A stretch of DNA of 64,000 nucleotides from Iphione sp. A-MEVVRFRX5 (taxonomy: Eukaryota), in assembly GCA_976226885.1 (NCBI GenBank), contig OZ320322.1, positions 17,360,001-17,424,000 of the forward strand. Direction: 5' to 3'. The notes under the pieces were generated by a model that was given only the letters and a program-made list of their open reading frames with translations, made no database searches and had not been told where the DNA came from. A program made the translations under genes and the position numbers. Shown piece by piece: positions 59,641-64,000 of the stretch; position 1 is the stretch's first letter, and each line of letters begins with the position of its first letter.

Positions 59641-61934
59641 TTATCAGTTTCCCTACCCAATATGCAAAAAAAAAACAGAGGACAAAGTGATTCATGTATT
59701 TTTCTAATATCACAATTATACTGATGTTCTGGCATATAAGAATACAAGGACATGGTTCGCCTGAGCAACCTCAACCATAGTCGCCCTTTGACCGCTTACC
59801 TGATGTGGCTGCAACAAGGTGGGACTCCACTGTATTTCATCATGCTCCATTGTTGACTGCGTGCCCCATGCACGTGTGCTCACTCATCCACCCCACCTGT
59901 GTACACCTGGTGCCACACTATCTGCATTGTTCATTGAGGTTTCGGCAGGAAGGAAATTAACATTAAAAGCGCTTCTCAGCTGATGCAAATTTATGATGCT
60001 GAAATGTACATATCTAGAATGGTGTATTTTTAATTATTGCTGACTATGTTGGCATGATTACTGGTAATCCATGTACATTCCAAGGCAAACAAAGCTAACC
60101 AAAATCCAATCACATCAAAGAGAAATTGATAGGTGCCTTTATGTAATGGAGGTTACATTAAATATTACTCCTTACAGTCTTACAGACCAGTACTGATAAT
60201 ACAAGACAAGACACGGCCGTGGCTCGATGAATATTATCTTTATTATCCCAGTTACTCACCAGCTGCTGTTGCATCGAAATGCCAATCCTTGCCAAGACCG
60301 AATTCAACAGTTTGATTGCCAGACAGACTGGCTTCTTTAAATTTGCTTCTAAATTGCTGTAATCTATAGAGAAAGACAGATATTTCTTCATTTTGGTTCT
60401 TTTTTAAACACTGGAACATCGGCAATATTTCCAATAATTTGTCCCACAACGTCAGGGGTCTAATGGGGCCTTGTGGGATGGCTGCTAGTAAGGTCCAGAG
60501 AAGACTGGGGAGTTTGAAGTTACTGGGCAGGGAGAGGGAATAACTGTCTGATATCTATACGATGTGGTGTCGTATTCACACAGTGTAGATCGTGATGACC
60601 TCCTAAGGCATCAAAAAGGGGCTGGGATTTTCGAAAATGATCGTACCCAGGTAAGCTTTGAATTGAGGAAGATCGAAATCAGAACTCGGCGGTTAATGAG
60701 ACATTTTTCTTTGACAGTATAAAGGCCACTCATGTTCCATTCAGCAGTTATAAAATCCTGTAGGATGCTACTTTGCATGTATCCTGTTAGATGTCAAACT
60801 GTCTTTACTGTACACGAATATAGGAATCGTACAGCTCCTTGAATATACACTGTAATATAGAAGGAACTTGAGTATTTAAAGGTACACTTTCCCTATATTA
60901 TGCTAACATTGTCGGAAGCGAAGGGGGGAGGGGAGGACTCAAGGTGAAAAGTGAGGAAAGCTTTCGAATTTCTACACGCAGACGGTGGCAACACGACCTC
61001 CAATGACCTTTCTCCTGGAAAACAGACTTCTTTATAATACGTTCTGTCCTAACCTTGTTAGAGATGTCGGTCCTGTGGTGCCCTTCAAGTGAAAGAATCT
61101 TGTTTCCTTGACCTTTGGCACACTGCAGTCGTGTGGTCAGGAGCATGCATTTCTATGTGTGTATTTTTTGTACATGTGTATAAGAACATATACAAGCAGG
61201 CTTGGAAAAAAGGAGCTTGCGTTATGACATACTTTTCATTGTGTCTGGAGTATTTAACGGTACAGAGAGGCATGTATAGAATATTTATTGGCTTTAAATT
61301 CAAAACTTCGGTTTTCATTAACATATTACTCATAAAAGGTCATGAGGAAACAATAAAATGTCATTTTGCCCTATTAATATATACATGTATATTCCTCTGT
61401 CCCCCAAGTGATCTCAGATCAAATAATAGGTAAAAAACAGGTGTCTACTGGGGGAACCCAAAGTAGCACAGTGGAGGCTCTCCCTAGCAGGCCCCTAGGC
61501 CCCAGCAAAGAAAATGACCATTGATGAGATGACTGTTGGAGAGAGGTATTTTTCTGTAAACAAGTACAAGATAACCAAATGCTCTAAAGCTATTTACCCA
61601 TAGTGTGGGGTGGCTGCTACGAACCGGTGGCCATAAGGAGAGGTCCTACTGAATAACAAGACAGTTCCTACTGTATAACAACTGTGATGCTACAGTAGGC
61701 CTACCTCTCAACGATGATATGATAAAAAGGTCCAATCGAAGTACATGAAATAGGTATCTAGAATGGATATACATGTACCAGATTTGTATTTGTCGACGCT
61801 CTGATATGGATTTTTTGGGGATGACAACATGTTTTAGAGTATTACATTACAAATATTCTATACAAGCCTCTCCGCATCTTAAAACAGCTGGTATCTCGTT
61901 AGTGGGGCCCGACAATTCACACCAACACCAGTAA

Positions 61935-62455
61935 AGCACTATCCCCATAGACACGAATTATCCGCACGCAAAAAGTGGCATGGTGCGGACTTACCGGACC
62001 GTCCTGCAACAGGTGGCGGGGTCTACACCCATGTACACGAATTATACGCACTGTCTTCCTGATGTGTGTGTGCATGTATGTGTGTGTGTATGTGTGTGTA
62101 TGTGTACACATCTCATTGAATTCCTGTCAAATTTGTGTAAGTAATGTGTTTTTTGTGCAGATCTCATTGAATTCCTGTCAAATTTGTGTAAATGATGTGT
62201 TTTTCTGTGCAAATCTCATTGAATTCCCATCTTTTCTACTCTATTCTGTTCTATTCTATTCTATTATCAGCCCGCACAAGGTGGCGTGGTGCGGGATTCC
62301 CGGACAACACCCGATCACCCCGCACGCAGCAGGTGGTGGGTCCGGGTTGTCCGCGCACATGGGTATAATTATATCTAAACTGCTTGGGCCGGTCATCCCG
62401 GTCTCCACGCACAGGGTGGCCGGTCCGGAATGTTCGCATCTATGGGGATAGCACT
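61935..62455 (+). mobile_element. Third copy of the satellite-bearing Harbinger MITE (about 2.5 units)
   Basis: TAA|AGCACTATCCCCATAGAC ... CTATGGGGATAGCACT|TAA. Confidence 0.88.
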
Positions 62456-64000
62456 TAAGGGAGTATTTCCATGCACGTGGGTTTCCCCATATACAGCTTA
62501 TACGATCTCACTGTATTCGATGAGGGTCTTTTTCCATGTACTCAGGTTGTACAGACCCACATATGGGTCTGGACAGACTGCTTAACCCATTAAGGGCTGA
62601 AACAAGTATGAGATAAAGTCTCATTAAGACTAGGACATGGCACTAGACACTCTCCCAAGGAATGAGGGCTTTATAGATAATAATGCCATTACATACTTGT
62701 TGTATAAAAGGTGTAAAAATTTGTATAGGTTCTTGTCATTAGTAATGAAAAATAAGCCTATTTCAGTTGTTTGACATGTTTTCTTAGTGGAAAATTCTTT
62801 TAAAAAATCTAGAAATCACTGGCCCCTATTGGGTTAAGTATACAGCTGATCCGGACTTGTCTTTGGGTCCATGCTGACCCCTGCACATGGAAAGACCTCT
62901 TTACAGGGAATTAGGTCCAGTTACTGTGTGATTCAGTTGAAGCAACACCAGCAGATCAGGGATAAATATATGTACAGTGGAAACCTGGTTAAAGACCAGA
63001 TCACACGGAAGACCAGACCGGGGGAGAGATCACCATTTCAATGAACAAATTATGTTTATCTCTCTACCCTCGATGCCTCTGCAGATATTCTGTATACTGT
63101 ATATGAATGAGACCCTGCCAGCTAAGGCAATGCACTATATTCTGATGATCAATAGTTGAATTGAGGCAAACCTAAGTCATACATTACATTGAGGCCAAAC
63201 CTAATGTCATACATTATATCAGCCACAATTGATAGGGGGGCAAATCTAAATGGAAACAAGGTAGGGATAGGCAAGAAGAAGTTATGAGCAAAAGGAAGGG
63301 TAGGACAGATGTGCAGTCGAACATGGTTAACTGGAGTACCTCTGTTATTCAAAATTCTGTATGGATGACAAATTCTCCAGATGCTGATGTGGCAACTCAT
63401 GCATCTACTGTTGGGCGAAACTTGCATAATGTTTAAGTATTGATGAATTATTGAATTGAACATATATTGATTCTAATTGCTATTGGAACATCTCCTGATG
63501 GAGAAAACATGCATAATGGTAAATAATAGTAGAGATATCATGGTTCAAGTTATATTTATCATATTGAGCAAAAGCGAGTAGAAGCAATTATAATTGTGGA
63601 TGATGTGATTTATTGATTTATCAATGACAAATGAGTAAATATAATGGCAAGATTTTGTGAAATATGAAATAATTAATTCAGTATATAAGCATTATAGGAG
63701 AGCCCAAAAAGTAAAAATATTTCATTTTCACTTGAAAAAGTCTTTCATCAATCTGTGCCTAACACTTATCTTGGTGCTTTGGGCTCTGAGGAGTAGTTCC
63801 CTCAGGAATTGCACTTCTTGCATATCTTGTATTTCCTCACAGACTCTGAAAAGGTTGTTGACAGATTGCGTTTCCTCTCTGAGGGTGATTGGTGGGGGGG
63901 ACAACATCCTCAGCGTTCTCTTCATTCTCAAAGGCCCCAACATCAGGCTGGAACACAAAGCTCAAAATGGTCCAATTGGACAGTTCTCCTGATGTTTCTG

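Noticed and set aside
62975-63030. TA|CAGTGGAAACC mariner-like left end (and a GGGACTCCACTG|TA end at about 59821-59834)
   Set aside because: No partner TIR was found, so the element boundaries cannot be supported.

Overview
AT-rich animal genomic DNA with short N blocks. The repeat style suggests a marine invertebrate such as an echinoderm or hemichordate, but that is inference only. The only host gene I can firmly identify is the 5' part of a minus-strand UBE2E-family ubiquitin-conjugating enzyme: an ATG exon at 32747-32623 and the 51-nt RIQKELAEITLDPPPNCS exon at 31729-31679. I could not find its remaining exons, which implies an intron of at least 31.6 kb running off the left edge. The rest is mostly mobile DNA: three diverged minus-strand copies of one CR1-group (L2/Crack/Daphne-like) LINE lineage, several PIF/Harbinger and Tc1/mariner MITEs, tandem arrays, microsatellites and a degenerate Penelope-type hammerhead motif. 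The standout is the near full-length LINE at about 45514-51360, which has an unusual three-module design. Its ORF1 (coiled coil + RRM + CTD) is fused to a C-terminal NADAR/YbiA (ADP-ribose N-glycosidase fold) domain. A previously uncalled frameshifted ORF follows, encoding an SGNH-fold protein with its catalytic residues substituted. ORF2 (APE-RT) comes last and carries an internal deletion. All domain calls are by eye from motif alignment; no database searches were run.
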